Of a DNA stretch of 33,320 nucleotides, positions 26,276 through 33,320 are shown in pieces. Source of the stretch: a virus (taxonomy: Duplodnaviria > Caudoviricetes). The notes below the pieces were generated by a model. That model saw nothing but the letters and a program-made list of their open reading frames with translations, was not told the origin of the DNA and did no database searches. Each line of letters starts with the position of its first letter. The first letter of the stretch is position 1. A program made the position numbers and the translations under genes. The DNA is taken from IMG/VR virus record IMGVR_UViG_3300005764_000051, positions 1 to 33,320 of that record, one strand, 5' to 3'.

Positions 26276-28257
26276 TGACAGACTTAACCAGCAACAAACG
26301 CGAGCGCGCAATCGCCATGATTCGCGTCTCGGACGCCGGACAGGCGGAGGCTTACGGACCGGCGCGGCAACGCTCCGCGATTGAATCCGGCGCGGCGCGG
26401 CATAACGTGGAAATCGTCCGATGGGTCGAGATTATCGACGTCTCCGGTCGTCACATCATGGAGGACGCTCGCTTCAAGGCTATCGAAAACGACCTCATCG
26501 CCGGACTCGCCGACGGCGTTTTCGTCGCCGAACAGTCCCGTTACGTGCGACCCGGCAAGTGGAAGGATTACGGCGTCCTCGACGTCCTCAAGGACAACAA
26601 AAAACTCCTGTGGACTCCCGGCGACCGTTTCGATCCGGCGACCCGCGGCGGATGGTATGCGCTCACCGTCGGCGGCATGATTTCGGGCGACGAGCTCAAT
26701 ACGCTACGCGAGCGGCTCGACGGCGGCAAGACGGAGGCGCGCAAACAGGGGAAGCACGTCGGCGGCGAGCACATGCTACCGCGCGGCGTCCGCTACCTCC
26801 GCGAGTTTCACCCGGAGACCGGCAAGTGCATTTCCTGGCGATGGGAGCTCGATCCGGTCGAGTCGGCGCTCGTCCGGCGGGCGTTCGAGCTCCTCACTAT
26901 CGACGGTCTCTCGTACGAGGAAATCGCCGCGGCTATCGGGCATGGATGGACGGGTAAAGGCATCCGCGAGACGATGCAAAATCCGATTTGGATGGGCATC
27001 CGGTCGTACCGTATGGAGGCGAAGGGCGCGGAGGTCAAACCGCGCGCGACCGCGGAGAATCCGGACCCGAAATACCGGCGGCTCCTCACCCGGCGCGCGG
27101 AGCCGTTGAATGTTCCGCTCGACGGCGCGGAGGTGACGCTCAACGGCAAGACGTTTACCCGCGGCTATCTCCCGGCGCTCGTCTCGGAGGAGGTCTGGAA
27201 TCACGCTCAAGGCATCATCGCGGCGCGGAAATCGCGATGGTCGAAATCCAAACTGAAGAACGCGGGCCGGACCCGGCATCTCGCCGCGGGTATCGCGTTT
27301 TGCGGATGCGGCGCGGCGCTCGACAATCACTACGGCGGTCGCGGCGAGCATCTCGACGTCTACCGTTGCTCCTCGGCGCGCCGCGCGGTAAAGTGCGGAG
27401 CGCGGTCCGTCCATCGGTCGGATTTCGACGCGGCGCTCGAAACCCTCATGTCAAAGAAACTCACGGACGCGGCGTTCATCGGAGAGGTCCTCGACGGCAT
27501 CCGCGAGGCGGCGGACGCGGCTCCGGACCCGGCGCGGCGCAAGGTCGAGGCGGCGGTCGCCAAGTACGAGACCGGGCGTCAAAACCTCATCGGCGCGCTC
27601 GGCGACGGCGAAATCACGCGGGCGGAGTTTAAAGTCAAGATGGCGGCGCTCGACGCTAACCGCGCGGCGCTCCTGGCGGCGCTCCCGGCTCCGGCTCCCA
27701 AGATGGACGAGGCGGAAATCGCGGAGGTGCTCGCCGCGGCGTTCATCGGGTTCGCAACCGCGGAATTCGCCGACAAGCGCAACCTCCTCCGGCGCGCGGT
27801 GCGGAAAATCGTCCTCACGGACGGCGCAATCGCGGAGCTCACGATATCCGGCGGGTTTCTCGGGGGAGCGAATTCAATACTGCAATCAACAGCGCAGTCA
27901 GGAATTCGCTCCGCGTCCGACGTGGTAGTGAGATTTCCGCAACCCGTTGTAGTGACGACGGTTACCGCGGGGGAGAAACGCGCGGCGCGATGGGCGGCGG
28001 CGGACGCGCGGCGCTCCTCTCCCGAATACAAAGCGAAACTCCGCGCGCAACAGAACCGGAACCGGCGCAAGGCGACGGCTAACCCGGCGGCGTACGAGCG
28101 GCTCCTCGCGCGGACGGCAAAGGCACAGAGGGCGAAACGAGAGGCGCTCCGGCTCAACGACCCGGCGGCGTTCGAGGCGCTCAAACTCAAACAGGCGGCG
28201 AGGTCGCGCGCGCGGTACGAGCGGCTCAAACAGGAGCGGCTCCTAAAGGCGGCATGA
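26275..28257 (+). CDS. int: Large serine recombinase (integrase) with basic C-terminal extension
   Basis: Catalytic 'IRVSD..Q', 'SRYVR', recombinase domain 'MQNPIWMG...PALVSEEVW', Zn ribbon 'FCGCG...YRC...C', coiled coil. Confidence 0.93.
   Translation: MTDLTSNKRERAIAMIRVSDAGQAEAYGPARQRSAIESGAARHNVEIVRWVEIIDVSGRHIMEDARFKAIENDLIAGLADGVFVAEQSRYVRPGKWKDYGVLDVLKDNKKLLWTPGDRFDPATRGGWYALTVGGMISGDELNTLRERLDGGKTEARKQGKHVGGEHMLPRGVRYLREFHPETGKCISWRWELDPVESALVRRAFELLTIDGLSYEEIAAAIGHGWTGKGIRETMQNPIWMGIRSYRMEAKGAEVKPRATAENPDPKYRRLLTRRAEPLNVPLDGAEVTLNGKTFTRGYLPALVSEEVWNHAQGIIAARKSRWSKSKLKNAGRTRHLAAGIAFCGCGAALDNHYGGRGEHLDVYRCSSARRAVKCGARSVHRSDFDAALETLMSKKLTDAAFIGEVLDGIREAADAAPDPARRKVEAAVAKYETGRQNLIGALGDGEITRAEFKVKMAALDANRAALLAALPAPAPKMDEAEIAEVLAAAFIGFATAEFADKRNLLRRAVRKIVLTDGAIAELTISGGFLGGANSILQSTAQSGIRSASDVVVRFPQPVVVTTVTAGEKRAARWAAADARRSSPEYKAKLRAQQNRNRRKATANPAAYERLLARTAKAQRAKREALRLNDPAAFEALKLKQAARSRARYERLKQERLLKAA
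27865..27912. other. Putative attP site (48-bp imperfect dyad) inside the integrase ORF
   Basis: GGAGCGAATTC aat ACTGC aatcAAcagc GCAGT cag GAATTCGCTCC; outer 11-bp and inner 5-bp arms share one centre at 27888/27889. Confidence 0.7.
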
Positions 28258-28289
28258 AGCGGCGCGGCACAAACTACCAGGAACGGCGG

Positions 28290-28321
28290 ACGGAGCTCCT
28301 AGCGGGCTCCGTTTCGCGTTT
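28290..28321 (+). terminator. Possible weak intrinsic terminator after integrase
   Basis: Stem ACGGAGCTC / GGGCTCCGT (one G-U pair) followed by TTCGCGTTT; U-tract is interrupted. Confidence 0.4.
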
Positions 28322-28333
28322 AGGAGGCATTCT

Positions 28334-28684
28334 ATGAGGTGTCCGGATTGCGGCGCGGAATACGGCGCGATTATCTGTCCTCCGTGCTCGGAGCGGAAAT
28401 CCCGCGAGGCATACCTGTCGTTGCAGCAAGTATGGCTCGACCGGGTCCTCAATGGGCAAGTTTGGCTCGTGCTCAACCGGCGGACGCGCTCGGGTCCGCA
28501 TCACGTCGTCCTGTTCGGCGACCCGATGCACGCGTATTGCGGGACGCTCCTCGACGGTCCGCAGCAACGGCGCAAGGAGGCGTACTCGGACAAGCTCCGT
28601 CCGGACCTGTGCCACAAATGCGTCGAGGTGTTCGACGAGCTCGTCCGCAAGGAGGCGGCGCTCAAGGCGGAGGCGGCGCGATGA
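28334..28684 (+). CDS. Cys/His-rich hypothetical protein (zinc-binding)
   Basis: AGGAGG RBS; CPDC, CPPC, HAYC, CHKC. Confidence 0.75.
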   Translation: MRCPDCGAEYGAIICPPCSERKSREAYLSLQQVWLDRVLNGQVWLVLNRRTRSGPHHVVLFGDPMHAYCGTLLDGPQQRRKEAYSDKLRPDLCHKCVEVFDELVRKEAALKAEAAR

Positions 28685-28881
28685 CACCGGCTCAACGGTT
28701 CGTCCTCCAGGTGCGCTCGTCGCCGGTCGGGTCGCCATTTCACGTCCGGCTTATGGCGCATCGCGACGGCGCGGAGGCGGTCGTCGGCGTCCTCATGTTC
28801 ACGAGCGAGGAGTACGACGCGTTCCGGCTCGTTGCGGACCTCGCCGGTATCAAGGTGGTCGATGCCGCGGAAACCGTTTGA
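28681..28881 (+). CDS. Hypothetical protein
   Basis: GGAGG RBS; ATGA overlap. Confidence 0.6.
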   Translation: MTPAQRFVLQVRSSPVGSPFHVRLMAHRDGAEAVVGVLMFTSEEYDAFRLVADLAGIKVVDAAETV

Positions 28882-29215
28882 GCTCACGTCGCCGCGGCTC
28901 AACGAGAACGATATCGAGGCGCAATGTCTCGGGCTCCTGTGGCGGCGCGGCTACTATCCGGTCCGGCTCAACAGCGGTCTGTTTAAGACCGCGGATAACC
29001 GATGGGTCCGCGTCGGCGAGCGCGGGCTACCGGATTACATCGCGATTCACGAGCGATACCGCGGGTTTTTTCTGGAGGTGAAGCGACCCGGCGGCAAACT
29101 TTCGGAGGACCAGCAAATCAAAATACGGAACCTCCGGCACGCGTACCATTTGCGCGTCGCCGCGGTGGATTCCGTTGAAACTCTTCATGCGTGGTTGAAC
29201 GAGCACGAGGTCTAG
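28862..29215 (+). CDS. VRR-NUC domain nuclease (Holliday junction resolvase-like)
   Basis: 'E.DIE', 'GLPDY', 'FLEVKRPGGKLSEDQ'. Confidence 0.9.
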   Translation: MPRKPFELTSPRLNENDIEAQCLGLLWRRGYYPVRLNSGLFKTADNRWVRVGERGLPDYIAIHERYRGFFLEVKRPGGKLSEDQQIKIRNLRHAYHLRVAAVDSVETLHAWLNEHEV

Positions 29216-29217
29216 CA

Positions 29218-30171
29218 ATGCCAAATCGGATATTGAGAGATGGAATTATCACATCGTCACGAGTCAACGCGCTATCACTCGGCGCGGAGCTCCTTTATCG
29301 TCGCCTCCTGTCGGTCGTCGACGACTACGGGCGGTATTTCGGGCATCCGGCGACCGTCCGTACCGGCGCATGGCCGACCTGTCCGGACAAGCACTCGGAC
29401 GATAACGTTCGCAAGTGGCTCGGCGAACTAACAAGCGGCGCGCGACCGCTCCTCGTCGCATACGAGGTCGAGGGCGTCCCGTATTTCTACCTCGACGGGT
29501 TCGGTCAGCGCGTCCAGGCGGCATCGAAATTCCCGGCTCCACCCAAGAGTGGAGGCGGACCGAACGGTACGGAACCATCCCACCGTGAATCCACCGTGGA
29601 AAACGGTGAATCCACCGTGGAAAACCGTGGATTCACGGGAAAAAACGGTGGTGCTCGAAGTCACAAAAAAAATGTAAGGGAACGGGCACCGTTACAAACC
29701 GTTACAAACCGTTTTCAACGGCTTCGCGCGCGCGCGTTCGAAGTCGGAGTCGAAGACGAAGACGTTATGCGAAGTGCGGCGGCGGCGATTTTACCTACTA
29801 TGCAAGAGGGGACGACCGGCGAGGTTTCGCCGTCGCCGCAAAAAAACGAACACGTAAAAAAACCTCCGGAATCGGCAACCGTGTCGGTTCGCACGTCGTC
29901 CTCGGAGGTGGGCTCGTCCGGTGAGCTACCCGGTGACGAGACGTTTTCCGCGGTCCGCGCCATCCTCGACGCGCTCGCGAACGAGGTGAAATTGCCACGG
30001 GCGGACGACGGCATCGTGGAGCGCGTCCTCGACGTTTGCCGCGGCGCATCCGGCGCTCTCATTCAGGAAATAATCCGCGAGCTCTATCATCGCGGCAAGT
30101 TTCGCGAGATGAGGTCCTGGGGATTTATGCCGATCGTCCTGAAACCGTGGTTTCGCGAGCGCGCCTCATGA
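29218..30171 (+). CDS. Phage replication initiator / replisome organiser
   Basis: N-terminal 'MPNRILRDGIITS..VNALS..AELLYRRLL..VDDYGR'; repeat-rich central linker. Confidence 0.8.
   Translation: MPNRILRDGIITSSRVNALSLGAELLYRRLLSVVDDYGRYFGHPATVRTGAWPTCPDKHSDDNVRKWLGELTSGARPLLVAYEVEGVPYFYLDGFGQRVQAASKFPAPPKSGGGPNGTEPSHRESTVENGESTVENRGFTGKNGGARSHKKNVRERAPLQTVTNRFQRLRARAFEVGVEDEDVMRSAAAAILPTMQEGTTGEVSPSPQKNEHVKKPPESATVSVRTSSSEVGSSGELPGDETFSAVRAILDALANEVKLPRADDGIVERVLDVCRGASGALIQEIIRELYHRGKFREMRSWGFMPIVLKPWFRERAS
29580..29720. repeat. Iteron cluster, probable replication origin within the initiator gene
   Basis: GTGAATCCACCGTGGAAAAC at 29585 and 29606, inverted GTGGATTCAC at 29627, A-tracts, ACCGTTACAA x2 plus ACCGTTTTCA at 29688-29717. 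Confidence 0.75.
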
Positions 30172-30291
30172 TTGGGAATACGCCGGTTTTCTTACATACT
30201 AAAGACGGCATACGTGCGTTATACTTCCGTCATAAAGACGGCGCTCCCGTCGCGCCGGTCGAAACCACAAACAGTTGAGGCAAGGCAAACG

Positions 30292-30777
30292 ATGACTGAA
30301 ATTTCAAACTACGAACGAATGGGAATCGCCGCGATGTTACCGGGCATGGTTCACGCGGTCGAAATCATGCAGACGCAAATTAACGCGATGCGCGAGCGGC
30401 TCGCGTTACTGGAGTCCGGCGCTCCGCGGCGCGGTGGTCGTCCGCGGACCCGTCCGGCTCAAGCGGACGATACCGACGCGCGCGGCGTACCGCTCAAGTC
30501 GGATTACTGGCGGAGCATGACGCCGGAGCAACGGTCCGCGGAGATGCGGCGGCGATTTGCGAAACGCGCGAGCTCGAAAGCAACACATCCGCGCGACCCG
30601 GAACATCCGGACCATGAGGCGTGGGCTCGGAAAACGAAACGCTCGAACCGGAAATTCTGGGATAGCCTCTCGCCGCGGCAACGGAAACAAAAAATCGCGG
30701 CGATGGCGGCGGCGCGCGCGGCGAAACGAATTCCGTCCGTGAAACTCAACGGACATGCTACGGAGGCGAACGCATGA
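30292..30777 (+). CDS. Basic putative DNA-binding protein (coiled coil, AT-hook-like motif, two W..(M/L)(T/S)P.QR repeats)
   Basis: 'RGGRPR', 'YWRSMTPEQRS', 'FWDSLSPRQRK'. Confidence 0.65.
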   Translation: MTEISNYERMGIAAMLPGMVHAVEIMQTQINAMRERLALLESGAPRRGGRPRTRPAQADDTDARGVPLKSDYWRSMTPEQRSAEMRRRFAKRASSKATHPRDPEHPDHEAWARKTKRSNRKFWDSLSPRQRKQKIAAMAAARAAKRIPSVKLNGHATEANA

Positions 30778-31082
30778 CGCGGCTCTCAAACCGGCAATAT
30801 CCGATGCTCCGCGCGTTCGCCGACGAAGGACCAGATTTCTTCATGTCCATCGACGAGGCGCAACGTTTCGACCAACGACCGTTCCGCTCAATGCTCGTCC
30901 ATCGGTGGATCGTATATCGACCCGGTCGCGGGTTTCATATCACACGCGAGGGGCGCGCGGCATGGCATGAATTCCAGCAAACCGAGATATTCCGCAAAAA
31001 CCCGACGCTCCCGTTAACCGCGTATTTCGACGCGTCGGCGTACGGGCTCAAGGTCGTTAAACGACCGGCGAGGGCGGCATGA
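30774..31082 (+). CDS. Hypothetical protein, possible winged helix
   Basis: GGAGG RBS; 'LSNRQY.ML...WI......FHITREGRAA'. Confidence 0.65.
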   Translation: MTRLSNRQYPMLRAFADEGPDFFMSIDEAQRFDQRPFRSMLVHRWIVYRPGRGFHITREGRAAWHEFQQTEIFRKNPTLPLTAYFDASAYGLKVVKRPARAA

Positions 31083-31348
31083 TATTTCCGACCGAACAGG
31101 AGGCGCGCGATGCCGCGGCGCGGTTCAAGCTCGACGGCGTCCGCATCGTCCGGACGACGCACGGATGGTTTGCCTTCGTTCCGAAAAACTCGCAACGAAA
31201 ACCGACGCGATGCTCGATATGCGGCGGGATGTATCCGGAATACCCGGCGAGTGCATGGCCGATAAACAACGGGCAATGTTGCGCGTTTTGCGACGACCAT
31301 GTCGTCACGATGGCGCGCATCGTGTTAGCGCAACGGAGGCGCTCGTAA
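31079..31348 (+). CDS. Hypothetical protein with Zn-finger-like C-terminus
   Basis: 'CSICG...QCCAFC'; ATGA overlap. Confidence 0.65.
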   Translation: MIFPTEQEARDAAARFKLDGVRIVRTTHGWFAFVPKNSQRKPTRCSICGGMYPEYPASAWPINNGQCCAFCDDHVVTMARIVLAQRRRS

Positions 31349-31554
31349 TGGGCTACGTGCAATGTATCGCTCTATGCGTCGGGTGCAAACAACTGTTCGC
31401 GTTCAATGCGGAGCGCGTGCCAAGCATCACGATAGACGGCGTCAAACAACCGATATGCCGCGATTGCGTCGCGCGCGTGAACCCGCGGCGCATCGCGAAC
31501 GGGCTCGAACCCATCGTCCCGTTACCGGGCGCGTACGAACCGGAGGAAATATGA
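31348..31554 (+). CDS. Small Zn-finger hypothetical protein
   Basis: GGAGG RBS; 'CVGC...FNAERVPS...ICRDC'. Confidence 0.7.
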   Translation: MGYVQCIALCVGCKQLFAFNAERVPSITIDGVKQPICRDCVARVNPRRIANGLEPIVPLPGAYEPEEI

Positions 31555-31757
31555 TCCGGCTCTCGATTCCCGATTTAGAGATGCTCATGCAAGCTATGGA
31601 GGCGGTCGCGTGGGGCGCGTCGCTCGACGGCAAACCTACGGAGCTCGGGCGGCGCGCGGACAAACTCAAAGCACGCCTCCGCGACGAACACAGGCGACTC
31701 GACCGGCTCGCGACCGGCGCGGCTATGCGCGAGGTGCTCGATGGCGCGTCTGATTGA
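31551..31757 (+). CDS. Hypothetical protein
   Basis: GGAGG RBS; ATGA overlap. Confidence 0.6.
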   Translation: MIRLSIPDLEMLMQAMEAVAWGASLDGKPTELGRRADKLKARLRDEHRRLDRLATGAAMREVLDGASD

Positions 31758-32664
31758 CGATATCCGGCGCATCGGTCGCCTCACGATGCCGTGGTTTATC
31801 TCGCCGCGGAAACACGAGGCATGGAAGAAACACGCGGCGCAACTCTTGGAGCTCATCCGCACGGACGAGAGCATCCCGGTAATCCTCATCGACAATGTCT
31901 CGGCGTATTACTACGAAGGGACCGACCAGGAAAACTGGGACCTCACGGTTCACTTTCCTAACCTCGCGCCTCCGTTCCCTATGTTCTGGATTGAGCATCG
32001 GATGCCTAAGAGAATCCATTCGGAAATAGGCGACCAGGACGTGAACCGACTATGCCTGAACGGGCGGACCGGGTTTCTGATTTTCGGCTCCGTCGTCGAG
32101 GACGTGAAAGGCGAGGGGATACCGGAAAACGCGAAATGGGTCGTCTCGTGCGAGCATCTCATCGACTACGGCGTATCGCGCGACGAAATCACCGGACCGC
32201 ACGGGTCGATACATTTGGCGCTCGACGCGGAGGGACGGCTCCTCGAACGTCCGTTTATGCAAACGCTCGCGGACCCGGTTCATAACGATCACATGGTGCA
32301 TCACATGGGATGGTTGAATCCGGCGCTCCTGGCGATTTCGTTCATGCACTGCAAAAACGTCCGCGTCGCCGATAACCCGGTTCCTCCAAAGCTCGCGAAA
32401 AAATTTCGCGCGCGTCACGGGTTCAACCCGGCGGCGCATAAAACGCTCGTCATCGAACCGCTCAAAGAAATACTCCGGCGCGAGGGACGCTCGGGCGAGG
32501 TCGGGCTCGCAAAGGCCATGCATATTTGCCGCGGACACTTCGCCGACTACACGCAAGGCAAGGGACTATTCGGCAAGTATCACGGGAAATACTGGATTCC
32601 TTCCACTGTCCGCGGAACCAAAGGCAAGGCGGCTCCGGCGCGCGAAATCGAGGTGAAGGTATGA
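31741..32664 (+). CDS. Phage protein of unknown function with C-terminal 'H..RGHF..Y...YWIP...RG' motif
   Basis: 307 aa; GAGG RBS; motif recalled from uncharacterised phage proteins. Confidence 0.75.
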   Translation: MARLIDDIRRIGRLTMPWFISPRKHEAWKKHAAQLLELIRTDESIPVILIDNVSAYYYEGTDQENWDLTVHFPNLAPPFPMFWIEHRMPKRIHSEIGDQDVNRLCLNGRTGFLIFGSVVEDVKGEGIPENAKWVVSCEHLIDYGVSRDEITGPHGSIHLALDAEGRLLERPFMQTLADPVHNDHMVHHMGWLNPALLAISFMHCKNVRVADNPVPPKLAKKFRARHGFNPAAHKTLVIEPLKEILRREGRSGEVGLAKAMHICRGHFADYTQGKGLFGKYHGKYWIPSTVRGTKGKAAPAREIEVKV

Positions 32665-32888
32665 AAACTCAACCCGACCGTAAACCGCGGTCTCCCGTGG
32701 ACCCGGCGGCGCTCGAATGGGACGGACGGCGGCTCTATGTTCATCGCGCCGGACAACGCGTTTATGTCGGCGAGGTCGTCGAACAAGCGTTTAGCGGCGG
32801 ATGTTTCGATGTGCTCGTCCGCGGCTCGCGAAAGCACACGCTTAACAGTGAGGCGAGCGCGCGGCGGCAACTGGAGGCGTACGCATGA
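32661..32888 (+). CDS. Hypothetical protein
   Basis: GAGG RBS; ATGA overlaps at both ends. Confidence 0.6.
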   Translation: MKTQPDRKPRSPVDPAALEWDGRRLYVHRAGQRVYVGEVVEQAFSGGCFDVLVRGSRKHTLNSEASARRQLEAYA

Positions 32889-33320
32889 CCGACGAGCTCC
32901 GCGATATCGGGCGCGAGCTCCGCGGGATGCAACTCCGGCGCGAGGCGGCGCGCAAGGCGGCGCGGTTCGATGCCGACGGTCGCCTCCGGCGGCGCGAGTC
33001 CCGTAACCGCGGGATTCATGACCGGGCGCATATCCGCGAACCCATCGGACGCGGCGGCGCGGAGCTCTGGATTTGCTACCCGCCGTTGCGCGAGGAAACG
33101 CTCCGCATCCGCGCGAACGAGGAGCTATGGGAATTATGCGGCGCGCTCGTCCTCGACCCGGACGCGCTCAACGGCTACGTGGCATTTCCGAAACGGCACG
33201 CTCCGCGGCTCCCGGCGACGACCGGCGGGCTCGCGCAATACATCCCGGTACACGGCGGCGTGACGTACGCGGAAAAAGACTCGTTTGCCGCGGTTTGGGG
33301 TTTCGACACGATGCACCACA
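32885..33320 (+). CDS. Phage hypothetical protein, truncated by window end (not in ORF track)
   Basis: GGAGG RBS; open frame encoding 'LNGYVAF...VHGGVTY.....WGFDTMH'. Confidence 0.75.
   Translation, partial: MTDELRDIGRELRGMQLRREAARKAARFDADGRLRRRESRNRGIHDRAHIREPIGRGGAELWICYPPLREETLRIRANEELWELCGALVLDPDALNGYVAFPKRHAPRLPATTGGLAQYIPVHGGVTYAEKDSFAAVWGFDTMHH

Larger units (their letters stand above)
1..33320 (+). mobile_element. Temperate siphovirus-like phage genome segment (HK97-type head, serine integrase); both ends lie outside the window
   Basis: Contiguous co-oriented terminase-portal-protease-capsid-neck-tail genes followed by recombination, integrase and replication genes; no recognisable host genes. 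Confidence 0.97.

Noticed and set aside
30168-30278. 36-aa ORF after the initiator
   Set aside because: ATGA overlap is present, but the ORF is short, has atypical codons and coincides with promoter-like repeats; insufficient support
1-33320. Numerous long minus-strand and alternative-frame ORFs in the track (e.g. 2009-2947, 8871-9884, 15080-16381, 27579-28229)
   Set aside because: Shadow ORFs of GC-rich coding DNA: Arg/Ala/Pro-rich, no motifs, and fully overlapping well-supported + strand genes
1-33320. tRNA, rRNA, CRISPR array, endolysin, IS element
   Set aside because: None recognised by eye; intergenic space is minimal and lysis genes probably lie outside the window

Overview
The window is about 33 kb of a GC-rich (roughly 65% by eye) temperate tailed phage with an HK97-type head and a long non-contractile tail. 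Essentially every real gene lies on the + strand and most overlap their neighbours (ATGA/TGATG). Positions 31-18913 are the virion module: Ig-like protein, terS, terL, portal, protease, capsid, neck, BACON-bearing tail tube, frameshifted chaperones, tape measure, tail tip and fibre. After an AT-rich control region (about 18914-19320) comes an early/replication module: RHH-like regulator, YqaJ exonuclease with a probable annealing protein, ParB-methyltransferase fusion with a PD-(D/E)XK-like partner, large serine integrase, VRR-NUC, a replication initiator with internal iterons, and many small ORFs. No endolysin or CI-type repressor is visible. Most notable signals: (1) a 48-bp attP-like dyad inside the integrase coding sequence, so integration would remove or replace the last ~120 aa; (2) an orphan 15-unit GGY-NN pentamer array at 22618-22692 that looks like a guide-type ncRNA; (3) a copy of a conserved capsid motif at the N-terminus of the head-tail connector; (4) strong genome-wide avoidance of GGCC and CTG/CAG. 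An Acidobacteriota-like host is only an inference from the style of the Ig and BACON domains.
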